This document shows positions 49,828 to 58,481 of a DNA stretch of 64,000 nucleotides, in pieces. A program made the position numbers and the translations under genes. Source of the DNA: Polyangiaceae bacterium (GTDB taxonomy: Bacteria > Myxococcota_A > Polyangia > Polyangiales > Polyangiaceae); NCBI GenBank assembly GCA_965222375.1, contig CBDCTZ010000016.1, forward strand, positions 1,152,001 to 1,216,000. Direction: 5' to 3'. The notes below the pieces were generated by a model. It did not search any database and had not been told where the DNA came from. It saw nothing but the letters and a program-made list of their open reading frames with translations. Numbering within the stretch: position 1 is the first letter of the stretch; each line of letters starts with the position of its first letter.

Positions 49828-50406
49828 TCAGAGGAAAAACGATGCGCCGACAGAGAACGTGGGGTGCCCGATGCGCATGGTGAGGGAAATGGCGTCGTTG
49901 AAGTGGAACCGGCCGCCCGCATAGAACACGATGGGGTTGAAATCGAAGTCATCGTCGTCGTGACGGTCACGGATGTTCAGGGCGAAGCCAGGCTCTCCGA
50001 AGACGGACCAATTTCTCGATAGCCAGAAGTTCCACTGCATCACCACCGGCAGGATGATGCGATCGTGATCGTGGCAGTCGCGGTTGCGATTGCGTCCGCC
50101 CCCGTGGCAGTGATCGCCGTAGAAGAGCCAGTCCAGCCCGAAGCCGATGCCGACGGTGTTGTTGATGGAGCTGATGAACCCGTTGTCCACGATCTCGATC
50201 GTGCCTCGAAAGCCCGGTCCGAACCCTTCGTCGCTGTCGCCCGGCCCGTCGATGACCCCGAGGACCAGGTGGGGTTCGGCCTCGAACACATAGTCCGGGT
50301 GGGCGCCCGGGCGCTTGATCACACTTTGGTCGGCGCTGGCCCAGGAGCTCGTGCTCACAACGGCCGCGGTCACGAGAGCCGTGAAGATGGGGGCTTTGGA
50401 GGTCAT
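49828..50406 (-). CDS. Small outer-membrane beta-barrel protein (paralog 2)
   Basis: Signal peptide; HPDY.FEAEPH; terminal FSVGASFFL. Confidence 0.78.
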   Translation of the reverse strand: MTSKAPIFTALVTAAVVSTSSWASADQSVIKRPGAHPDYVFEAEPHLVLGVIDGPGDSDEGFGPGFRGTIEIVDNGFISSINNTVGIGFGLDWLFYGDHCHGGGRNRNRDCHDHDRIILPVVMQWNFWLSRNWSVFGEPGFALNIRDRHDDDDFDFNPIVFYAGGRFHFNDAISLTMRIGHPTFSVGASFFL

Positions 50407-50513
50407 GGGGGGAGTATATTCCTCTGCATTGTTGCTGGAAACGCCACCCGAGGGGTGACTCGGGATACGTGGCGGATGCGGCTGTTTTTTCTCATTTCTG
50501 CGGCCCACCTGGC

Positions 50514-51023
50514 TCAGAGCACGAAGGAGACCCCAGCGGATATCGCGGGATAACCAAGGCGTAGGGTCAGCGCCAACGTATTGCTGAAGTGGTAACGGCC
50601 GCCGGCGTACAGGGCGGGGCGGGCTCCGGTCGCGTTGCCCAGGTAGAAGCCGCCGCCAGGCTCACCGAAGACAGACCAGCTGTCGGTGAGCCAGAAATTC
50701 CATTGCATCACGATGGGGACCCACACCGAGGTTTTCCCCGAGTCGAAACACAGGCAGTCGGCCCCGAAACCGATGCCCACGGTGTTGTTGATGGCCCGGA
50801 TGAAGCCGTTGTCGATCAGTTCTACCGTGCCTCGGAAGCCGGGGCCGTAGCCGCGGCCCGCCCGGTCCCCCGGGGGATCGAAGCCGAAAACGAAATGTGG
50901 CTCCGCCTCGAAGCTGTAGTCCGGGTGGCGTCCGGGGAACTTGATGAGCGACTCCGCGTCGGCCCGCGGCGAGACCAGCAGAACGAAGACCAGCGTCAGA
51001 GAAACCCAGAGGATGCGCTGCAT
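50514..51023 (-). CDS. Small outer-membrane beta-barrel protein (paralog 1)
   Basis: Signal peptide; HPDYSFEAEPH; terminal AGVSFVL. Confidence 0.78.
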   Translation of the reverse strand: MQRILWVSLTLVFVLLVSPRADAESLIKFPGRHPDYSFEAEPHFVFGFDPPGDRAGRGYGPGFRGTVELIDNGFIRAINNTVGIGFGADCLCFDSGKTSVWVPIVMQWNFWLTDSWSVFGEPGGGFYLGNATGARPALYAGGRYHFSNTLALTLRLGYPAISAGVSFVL

Positions 51024-51243
51024 GGGGAACGTGCCTGTCTTCGGGCTTTCTACCACGCCCGCGCCGGGCGAGGCAGGAGCCGCAATCCCCCCCGCGTTTT
51101 TCCGGTGTTGTCGCTATTGCCCAGCCCAGGGGGCGCTGCTACGGTCCGCGCCCCCTGCGGAGGTCGACGCTCACGGCGTCCCCGCTCCTCACAATCTAGT
51201 TCAAACGACTCGCCACCAACTTCACTGGCGAGGAGGTAACCCG

Positions 51244-52395
51244 ATGACGCAACCGAATCTGCCCGGCAACCCCAACGCACCCCAAGCCAACCTCCAGCTC
51301 AGCGGAGGCGCAGCCATCGTGGCTCCGGTATCGGCGTTTCCGGGCGGCGTTCCCGGCAACGCCCTCGTCGTTCTTCCTCTCACCAAGCCAGACGACAAGC
51401 TGGCAGATGCGATGAAAGAGGGGCCCGTCGCCATCGAGCTGGAAAACATGTGGGAGCTCTTGGGCTTCAACGGGCCAGCGGTGCAGGTGCAGGATGCAGA
51501 TGGGCGACCCATCGCGATCGGTCTCGAGGATCTCCTTTCGGGCCTCGAGAAGCATTGGCAAGAGTCGAAAGAAGATCTGAACCGGGGCCGTCTCTACGCT
51601 CAGGAGTTGATGAAGTACGGGCGCTTCGAGCGAGCCGAAAAGGTGATGGCCAAGGTCGTTGCCGGCGGCGGAACCGGTGAGGACTGGCTGGGCCTGGGCG
51701 TCGCGCAAATTCAGCAGGAGAAGTGGGAGAAGGCCGAGGGCACCTTGAAGGGGGCGCAGAACCTCCTCGCCGACAATCCGTTCCCGTCCTTGCATCTCGC
51801 CAAAGCTCTCAAGGGCAAGGGCGACACCGAGGGCGAACGGGACTGCATCGAGCGGGCCTTGAGCATCGACGTGAACTGTGTTGACGCTTGGGCTTACCTC
51901 TACTCCACGGTCCGCGAATCCGAGGATGAGGCAAAGGCGATCAAGACAGTGACGGAGTTGGCGGATGCCGAGGCCAACAAGCGTACTGCCGCCCCGTACA
52001 TCGCGTTGCAGGGGTTCTACTCTGGGGAGGAAGAAACCCGAGACAAGGCCGTCGAATTCGCCAAGAAGGCCGTGGAGCGGAACTCCAACGACCCGCTGGC
52101 GCTGATCTGCCTGTCCGCGCTGTACGGTCAGCAAGGTGACCTGCCAGCGGTGCTCAAGCTGCTGCAGCCTCACGAGGCCAAGATGGCTCAGGACGTGCGC
52201 CTGGCGAACAACTACTTCGAAGCACTTTTTCAGGCGAAGGAGATCGACAAGGTCACCAAGCTGCTCAATGCCCTCGCCGGTTCGCCGAACAAAGAGGTCA
52301 AGCAGTTCGCCATCGAGCGCTCGCGCGCCGTGGCTCAGTACCTCCAGTCCCAACAGGCCCAGCTGGCCGGTGCTGGGGCTGGGGCGCCGAGCTGA
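51244..52395 (+). CDS. TPR-repeat protein
   Basis: AGGAGG RBS before MTQPN; TPR patterns such as WLGLGVAQIQQEKWEKAE. Confidence 0.85.
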   Translation: MTQPNLPGNPNAPQANLQLSGGAAIVAPVSAFPGGVPGNALVVLPLTKPDDKLADAMKEGPVAIELENMWELLGFNGPAVQVQDADGRPIAIGLEDLLSGLEKHWQESKEDLNRGRLYAQELMKYGRFERAEKVMAKVVAGGGTGEDWLGLGVAQIQQEKWEKAEGTLKGAQNLLADNPFPSLHLAKALKGKGDTEGERDCIERALSIDVNCVDAWAYLYSTVRESEDEAKAIKTVTELADAEANKRTAAPYIALQGFYSGEEETRDKAVEFAKKAVERNSNDPLALICLSALYGQQGDLPAVLKLLQPHEAKMAQDVRLANNYFEALFQAKEIDKVTKLLNALAGSPNKEVKQFAIERSRAVAQYLQSQQAQLAGAGAGAPS

Positions 52396-52463
52396 CAAGC
52401 TCCTCGGAAGGTCGCTTGCACGTTAGTTGGCCTCCTGGCCTCCACTCCGATGAAATTTCGAGT

Positions 52464-53702
52464 GTGGAGCCGGGTTGCGTCATCGCTGGGAAGTACCGGG
52501 TCACCCATCGCCTAGGCGAGGGTGGAATGGCAGAGGTGTGGGCCGCGCGGAACTTGCTCACGGATCGCGAATTCGCCATCAAGCTGGTTCTGCCTTCACT
52601 GGCCCGGCGCCCGGGTATCGTTGAGCGCTTCCTACAGGAAGCACGTGCAACCGGACGGCTCAACCATCCGGCCATCGTTGATGTCTTCGATGTGGGGCAG
52701 GCCGAAGATGGGCGGCCGTTCATGGTGATGGAGCTTCTCGAGGGCTGCACCCTCGACCAGCACCTCACGGGCCGAGGCCCGGTGGACCCACTGACGGCGT
52801 GCGTGTGGATCGCCCGGGTGGCGCGAGCTTTGGACTTGGCGCACCGCGCTGGCGTCGTGCACCGGGACTTGTCGTCGGCGAATGTGTTCTTGGTTTCGTC
52901 TCGCACGGGTCAGGCGGGGCCGAAGATTTTGGATTTCGGCGTGAGCAAGCTCATGGGGCAGCTCGAGGAGCGGGTCCAGACCGACAGCGGGAGCGTGGTC
53001 GGATCCCCCGCGTATATGAGCCCAGAGCAAGCACAGGGGTCTGACGAGGTGGATGCTCGCACGGATGTGTGGGCGTTGGGTGTGCTGCTCTACGAAAGCT
53101 TGACCGGGACAACGCCTTTCAAGGGCCGCAATTACAACGCCCTCATGCTCGCGATCATGACGACGCCGCACTGCTCTGTGCGTCAGCTGCGCCCCGAGGT
53201 CCCCGAGGCCCTCTGCGACTTGATTCAGGGTTGCCTGGTCAAAGATCCCGGTGCGCGACTCGGCTCGGCCTTCGAGGCCGCTCGAGCCTTGGAAGGGATT
53301 TCCGGGATACTGGCTGGTGGCCGGGATGCCCCGGGTCCTCGTCGGCGTGCGGCGGATCGACTGCCGCTCCCTGTCCAGGGGGTGACCCAGCCTGAAGTGC
53401 CTGCTGCGGTGTTCTCCCCGGCTGTTCGCGCTTGGCGCCGTCTGCGGCGTACCCGTGGGGTCGCGAGCGTGTGCTTGGCGGCCTCGAGTACCTTCTTGGG
53501 CGTCGGCGTGGGCTCTGCCTGGTCAAACGCGACGCGGCCCGCTCCAGCGCTCCAGGTTGGACTGGTCACCGGCCCCATGCCGGAGGCGCAACCCGCACCG
53601 GCGCACGTCTCGACCGCCCGCGTAGTCTCGGCCGAACGCGATCTGGTTCGCGCCGCTGCCAGGGGCCTGGGGCTGGACCAACGTATCGCTCACCGCAAGT
53701 GA
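52464..53702 (+). CDS. Hanks-type Ser/Thr protein kinase
   Basis: LGEGGMAEVW, AIK, HRDLSSAN, DFG, YMSPEQ and DVWALG motifs. Confidence 0.93.
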   Translation: MEPGCVIAGKYRVTHRLGEGGMAEVWAARNLLTDREFAIKLVLPSLARRPGIVERFLQEARATGRLNHPAIVDVFDVGQAEDGRPFMVMELLEGCTLDQHLTGRGPVDPLTACVWIARVARALDLAHRAGVVHRDLSSANVFLVSSRTGQAGPKILDFGVSKLMGQLEERVQTDSGSVVGSPAYMSPEQAQGSDEVDARTDVWALGVLLYESLTGTTPFKGRNYNALMLAIMTTPHCSVRQLRPEVPEALCDLIQGCLVKDPGARLGSAFEAARALEGISGILAGGRDAPGPRRRAADRLPLPVQGVTQPEVPAAVFSPAVRAWRRLRRTRGVASVCLAASSTFLGVGVGSAWSNATRPAPALQVGLVTGPMPEAQPAPAHVSTARVVSAERDLVRAAARGLGLDQRIAHRK

Positions 53703-53759
53703 GTGGGGCCTAAGTTGGCGATTTGACAGGGCTCCCCTAGGCGGATCATGATCCACGTC

Positions 53760-54491
53760 ATGAAGCTCACCCGCACAGCATTCGCTAGTGGATTGGTCTT
53801 GACCCTCGGCCTGAGCGGGCTGGCGGGTTGCGGCAGTGACGACGACGGCCCCGGATCGACGACCGGAGGCACCGGTGGCGGTGCTACGGGCGGTAGCGCA
53901 GGCGCATCGGGGGGGCAGGGGGGCGCCGCGACGGGCGGACAAGGCGGAGCCTCGGGGGGCGCCGGTGGTGCTAGCGGTGGCCAGGGTGGCAGTGCTGGGG
54001 CACCCGCGGGTTGCGTGAGCTACTGCGATACCATCCAGACCAATTGCGCGGGTGGCGACATGCAGTACCCGAGCAAAGACGCCTGCCTCAAAGTCTGCGC
54101 GTTGTTCCCGCCGGGCCTCGCAAACGACCAGTCCGGGAACTCGCTGGCCTGCCGCACCTACCACGCGACGGCCGCGGCATCGGACTCGAAGCTACACTGC
54201 CCACACGCTGGCCCCTCGGGTGCAGGAACCTGCGGTACGGGTTGCGAGGGGTATTGCAACATCATGCTTCCAACCTGCAACAGCGAGTTCACTGGAATCA
54301 CAGACTGCGTCGCCAAGTGCGCTCTGTACACCGGCGCTAGCGCCACGGACTACAACACCAGTTTCGTTTCTGGGGATTCCCTGAACTGCCGCATTTATCA
54401 TGCGACGGTGGCAGCGTCGGATCCAGCTGGGGGCACGGCGACGATTCATTGCCCCCATTCCGGTGTTAAGCCGACAGACCAGTGTCTCTAA
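53760..54491 (+). CDS. Lipoprotein with a Gly-rich linker and two Cys/His-rich repeats
   Basis: Lipobox LAGC; two CxxYC...G(N/D)SLxCRxYHA...HCPH units. Confidence 0.82.
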   Translation: MKLTRTAFASGLVLTLGLSGLAGCGSDDDGPGSTTGGTGGGATGGSAGASGGQGGAATGGQGGASGGAGGASGGQGGSAGAPAGCVSYCDTIQTNCAGGDMQYPSKDACLKVCALFPPGLANDQSGNSLACRTYHATAAASDSKLHCPHAGPSGAGTCGTGCEGYCNIMLPTCNSEFTGITDCVAKCALYTGASATDYNTSFVSGDSLNCRIYHATVAASDPAGGTATIHCPHSGVKPTDQCL

Positions 54492-54991
54492 GCTTTGCTC
54501 GCGGCGTCTCGCTGCTTGGGATCTGGGCGCTGGTGAGCGCGTGTGTCGAGCACGATCCCAAGCTCGAGCGCGTTGGCGGTACGCCCGGAGTTGGTGCCAG
54601 TGGTGGCGCCGGTGGCGGAGCTGCGGGCAGCGCCGGGGCGAGTGGAGCTGGGGGGCAGGCGGGCGCCGCTGGCGGCTGCTTTCCTTCGCTGGCCAACCCC
54701 ACTCTGCCCTGCGACGTGGAAGCGGCGCTGAAGGCCAAATGCCAGCGCTGCCACGGCGAACCGACAGTCAACGGCGCGCCCTTCCCGCTGCTCACTTGGG
54801 CGGACACCCAGGCCGACTACTTCGACAAGCCCATCCACGAGCGCATGGCTTCGGTCGTGGACAGCAACTTCATGCCGGCCACCTTCCTGATCCTGAATCC
54901 TCCTGTGGAGGAGCTGACGCCTGCGGAAAAGACCACCCTGCTCGACTGGCTAGCCTGCCCCAAGCCCGAGGATGGCGTGGTTTGTCCCTGA
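54482..54991 (+). CDS. c-type cytochrome-like lipoprotein
   Basis: Lipobox VSAC, heme motif CQRCH, distal MP motif. Confidence 0.75.
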   Translation: MSLSFARGVSLLGIWALVSACVEHDPKLERVGGTPGVGASGGAGGGAAGSAGASGAGGQAGAAGGCFPSLANPTLPCDVEAALKAKCQRCHGEPTVNGAPFPLLTWADTQADYFDKPIHERMASVVDSNFMPATFLILNPPVEELTPAEKTTLLDWLACPKPEDGVVCP

Positions 54992-55027
54992 TTTCTGTGG
55001 GTCGGGCCTTGTGTGTCCGACCCAGAA

Positions 55028-55056
55028 TTGACATCTGAACAACCGCGCAGTATGAG
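55028..55056 (+). promoter_or_regulatory. recA promoter with a putative LexA box
   Basis: TTGACA at 55028; CTGAACAACCGCGCAG (55035-55050) matches the Myxococcus LexA motif CTRHAMRYBYGTTCAG at 14/16 on the reverse strand. Confidence 0.7.
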
Positions 55057-55147
55057 CATGGACGTCCTAGGGCGCTAAAGCCCCGGGGTGGGCGCTCGCC
55101 CAGAGCGCAGTAGGCAGACGTGTCTCTAGAAACGAGAAGCGGAGCGG

Positions 55148-56257
55148 ATGATGGACGACAAGCAGAAGAACAAGGCCCTGGAAGTAGCGATTGCGAGCGT
55201 CGAAAAGGAGTTCGGCCGCGGCGCCATCATGCGCCTCAAAGAGGGCGAGAAGATCGGTGCTGACGTTGCCGTGGTGCCCTCGGGCTCCCTGGGTCTAGAC
55301 GTCGCCTTGGGTATCGGAGGCTATCCGCGAGGTCGGATCGTCGAGATCTACGGACCTGAGTCCAGTGGCAAGACCACTATGACTCTGCATGCCATTGCCA
55401 GTGTGCAGCGTCAGGGCGGAGTGGCTGCGTTCATCGACGCAGAGCACGCCCTGGACATCAACTACGCCAAGAGGCTCGGTGTGAAGACGGACGAGCTCCT
55501 CATCAGCCAACCGGACTATGGCGAGCAGGCGCTGGAGATCGGCGACATGCTCGTGCGATCCGGTGCGGTGGATCTGATCGTCGTAGACTCGGTGGCTGCC
55601 CTGGTGCCCAAAGCAGAAATCGAAGGCGATATGGGGGACTCTCACGTGGGGCTGCAAGCACGCCTCATGAGCCAAGCCCTGCGGAAGCTCACGGGCACAG
55701 TGTCACGTTCGCAGTGCCTGTTCTTCTTCACCAACCAGATTCGGATGAAGATTGGTGTGATGTTTGGCAGTCCTGAAACGACTTCAGGAGGCAATGCGCT
55801 CAAGTTCTATTCCTCGGTGCGCTTGGATGTGCGTCGAATCGGCGCCATCAAAGAGGCTTCTGGTGGCAAGGATATGACCGTGGTGGGTAACCGAACCCGC
55901 GTGAAGGTCGTGAAGAACAAGATGGCGCCGCCGTTCCGCGAGACGGAATTCGACATCCTGTACGGCTACGGTGTGTCGCGTTCAGGTGAGGTGCTCGACA
56001 TGGCCTCGGATCTGAACATCGTGCAGAAGAGCGGGGCTTGGTATTCCGCTGACGGTGAGCGAATTGGTCAGGGGCGCGACAATGCCCGCACCTACCTCGA
56101 AGAGCATCCCGAACTCTTGGCGACCCTCGAGCAAAAAGTGCTCAGGCATCATGGCATTGGCAAAGACCCAGAGGCGGATGCCAAGAGCAGCGACAAGCCT
56201 GAACCGTCCCCCAAGACGTCCAACGGCACCAGCAAGCGAAGCCCGGCGCGGGCCTGA
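55148..56257 (+). CDS. recA: Recombinase A
   Basis: [27 protein letters not shown] and [13 protein letters not shown] motifs. Confidence 0.99.
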   Translation: MMDDKQKNKALEVAIASVEKEFGRGAIMRLKEGEKIGADVAVVPSGSLGLDVALGIGGYPRGRIVEIYGPESSGKTTMTLHAIASVQRQGGVAAFIDAEHALDINYAKRLGVKTDELLISQPDYGEQALEIGDMLVRSGAVDLIVVDSVAALVPKAEIEGDMGDSHVGLQARLMSQALRKLTGTVSRSQCLFFFTNQIRMKIGVMFGSPETTSGGNALKFYSSVRLDVRRIGAIKEASGGKDMTVVGNRTRVKVVKNKMAPPFRETEFDILYGYGVSRSGEVLDMASDLNIVQKSGAWYSADGERIGQGRDNARTYLEEHPELLATLEQKVLRHHGIGKDPEADAKSSDKPEPSPKTSNGTSKRSPARA

Positions 56258-56270
56258 CTTTCCCACCGCG

Positions 56271-56300
56271 GGCGGGGCGGCTGCGGCCTGCCGCTCCGCC
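56271..56300. terminator. Hairpin between convergent recA and beta-barrel genes
   Basis: GGCGGGGCGGC / GCCGCTCCGCC stem with no U-tract. Confidence 0.4.
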
Positions 56301-56316
56301 TAGCGGCAGCTGCGGA

Positions 56317-57075
56317 CTAGAACTCGAGGGCGAGGCCCAAGGTCCAGCTATTGGAACCAACGTTCATCTGGTCGCCCCCAAAGCCGTCGAGCATGGACAC
56401 GGTCCATTCGATGAAGAGGTACGAGTTGTTGACGCCGGTGACGTTGTCCATCTCGACTGCACTTGTCCGATCGAGGGCATCCAAGAGCAGCATTCCGCCC
56501 AGGGCGTAGTGCAGCCCATAGGACGCGCCGCGCCCTTTCACGCCCGCGTCATCCTTCGAAGTGTCGCTGCCATCACCGGTCCACCACAAGGCGTACCCGA
56601 GACCGAGCTTTGCGTAGGGAACCAGCGGAATCGAGAATTCTCGGGAAAATACGTCTGCGCGCAACACCCCCACCACGTACATGGGCATGATTTCGAGAGT
56701 GGTCTCCTGAGCGGCGCGCCCAGTTCCGTCGGACAGGAACGCTTTCGCACCGAACTTCGTGTAGCCCCAGCCGAACCCTGGACCAAAGGTGCCCAGCCCT
56801 GGGATGCGCAGCGCTTGCCAATCCAGCTCGAAGCCGATGATGAAGCGGGTGTCGTTTCCGTAAGTGGACTCGAAGGGGGTCGCTCCGGAAAACTCGTTGT
56901 CGATTTGCGGCTGGTAGCGTCCGAGGCGGAACTCGAAGGCCGCATGCTGGGGCGACTCGTAGCCGCGGCGGCGCTCCATGCCGCCGTAGGCACCGAATTC
57001 ATCCGTACCTTGGGCCAGGGATGCGCCCGACGTCGTCACGAAGACGGCGCCGATGGCCAGAGCGAGGGGCCTCAT
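56317..57075 (-). CDS. Outer-membrane beta-barrel protein, MXAN_2562-like
   Basis: ESPQ..AFEFRLG.Y.P.ID.EF, PLVPYAKLG, GVNNSYLF and terminal GLALEF; coupled to the upstream CTERM gene. Confidence 0.8.
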   Translation of the reverse strand: MRPLALAIGAVFVTTSGASLAQGTDEFGAYGGMERRRGYESPQHAAFEFRLGRYQPQIDNEFSGATPFESTYGNDTRFIIGFELDWQALRIPGLGTFGPGFGWGYTKFGAKAFLSDGTGRAAQETTLEIMPMYVVGVLRADVFSREFSIPLVPYAKLGLGYALWWTGDGSDTSKDDAGVKGRGASYGLHYALGGMLLLDALDRTSAVEMDNVTGVNNSYLFIEWTVSMLDGFGGDQMNVGSNSWTLGLALEF

Positions 57076-58289
57076 CTGCGATGTCTCCGACGCAAGGCCA
57101 GGGCAAGTGCCCCCGCCATCAGCAGCCCCAGCAGGCTGAAGTTGCGGGTGGTGCTGACGCTGCAGAAACCGCCACCGCCCTTGCCTCCCGCACGGCGATA
57201 CAACTCGAAGAAGTCGTCGACTTCTTGCGGGGTTCCACAAATGACTTCTGAGAGCGGACCCGAGTTGCCCGCCGTATCCACCGCTGCCACGGCCACGGCG
57301 TAGTTGGTGCCGTTGAGGAGGCTGCGCGCTTCACCGGAGTCGGCGAAAGCGCTCTCGATGAACGCGCACTGGTATTTGCTCTCGGGGCGGGCGCCAGACA
57401 CCAAGGCCGACGGACAATTGGGGTTGCCTGTGCCGGTTGTGCCTCCCGTTCCAGCGCTGCCAGCGCTACCAGCGCTACCAGCGCTACCCGCGCTACCAGC
57501 GCTACCAGCGGCTCCAGCGCTACCAGCGGCTCCAGCGCTACCAGCGGCTCCAGCGCTACCAGCGGCTCCAGCGCTACCAGCGGCTCCGGCGCTGCCCGCA
57601 TCCACGCCCGGCCCCATGGGCTGATTCGCCGGGCTCGATGCTGCGGCTCCGGGAGGGGGATCACAGTAGATACGGTAGCCAGCCAAGTCCTCGGCGGACG
57701 ACGGTTCCCAACTGACGACGAGCCGGTTTTCTCCGACCCCAGCACTGACATCATCGGGTGCGGCTGGCCCGGAGAGATCGACTTTGACTTCATCGAAGGT
57801 GACGTGGGTCTTCACCGTGTCGCCGTCGATGAGCATGAAATACAACGTGACCTTCTGCCCCCCGGTGGGAAGGTCCGTGCGCTCGCAAGAGTCGATGCTG
57901 CCAGTGGCCGGTCCCGTTTCTGCGACGACGTCTTGAACCGACACGGTAACGGTTTCGGTTCCGTCGTTGTCCGGGCTCGAGTTGGTGTAGACCTTCCAGC
58001 ACTGACCGTCACTGCGCACTTTGCTGTCGGTGCAGTCGCTACCCTGTCCGACCCAAACCTCGAGGACGGAGCCGCCAAAACCCGACAGGGTCACGTTCCA
58101 GGAGAAGACGTCGTTCTTCAGACAATCGTCGTAGTTCATCCAGGCGCGGCTCGGGCCGTCGTTCAGTCGGTCTTCCAGCGCGCGGTCGAAGACGACCGGT
58201 AGCGTGATGGTCTGGGCGGTCGCCACGCTGCTGAGGATGAGCACGGCCAGCCCGATGCACATGGCGGCCCAGGGGCGGAAAGCGGGCAT
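57072..58289 (-). CDS. FN3-like surface protein with a MYXO-CTERM-type anchor (MXAN_2561-like)
   Basis: Signal peptide, FN3-like strands, C-terminus DFFELYRRAGG.GGGGFCSV-TM-RRRHRR. Confidence 0.82.
   Translation of the reverse strand: MPAFRPWAAMCIGLAVLILSSVATAQTITLPVVFDRALEDRLNDGPSRAWMNYDDCLKNDVFSWNVTLSGFGGSVLEVWVGQGSDCTDSKVRSDGQCWKVYTNSSPDNDGTETVTVSVQDVVAETGPATGSIDSCERTDLPTGGQKVTLYFMLIDGDTVKTHVTFDEVKVDLSGPAAPDDVSAGVGENRLVVSWEPSSAEDLAGYRIYCDPPPGAAASSPANQPMGPGVDAGSAGAAGSAGAAGSAGAAGSAGAAGSAGAAGSAGSAGSAGSAGSAGSAGTGGTTGTGNPNCPSALVSGARPESKYQCAFIESAFADSGEARSLLNGTNYAVAVAAVDTAGNSGPLSEVICGTPQEVDDFFELYRRAGGKGGGGFCSVSTTRNFSLLGLLMAGALALALRRRHRR
57451..57600. repeat. 9/18-bp coding tandem repeat (AGS/AGAAGS linker)
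   Basis: CCAGCGCTA and CCAGCGGCTCCAGCGCTA repeated. Confidence 0.9.
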
Positions 58290-58302
58290 GGGAGGGTTAA
58301 TG

Positions 58303-58318
58303 AGCATATCGCGTGCCA
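58303..58318 (-). promoter_or_regulatory. Putative sigma54 (-24/-12) promoter
   Basis: Minus strand TGGCACGCGATATGCT = GG-N10-GC with a perfect TGGCACG. Confidence 0.65.
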
Positions 58319-58481
58319 CACGGCAATTGTTGTGATGTGGGCAAGAGCCAGGAAGGAGTTTTCGCCCGCTCCGCCACGATGTCGCGGGTGGGCCAGCCTC
58401 TGACATTCTGTCACGTTCCGTGCTCGGGCGCCCCAAGCCGCCGCGGTCGCCAGGCGGGGGCAAGGGCGTTAGGGTCTGCGG

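Noticed and set aside
52464..53702. Inactive kinase because HRDLK is HRDLS
   Set aside because: The catalytic Asp and Asn, the VAIK Lys and DFG are intact, and HRDxS variants are common in myxobacterial kinases.
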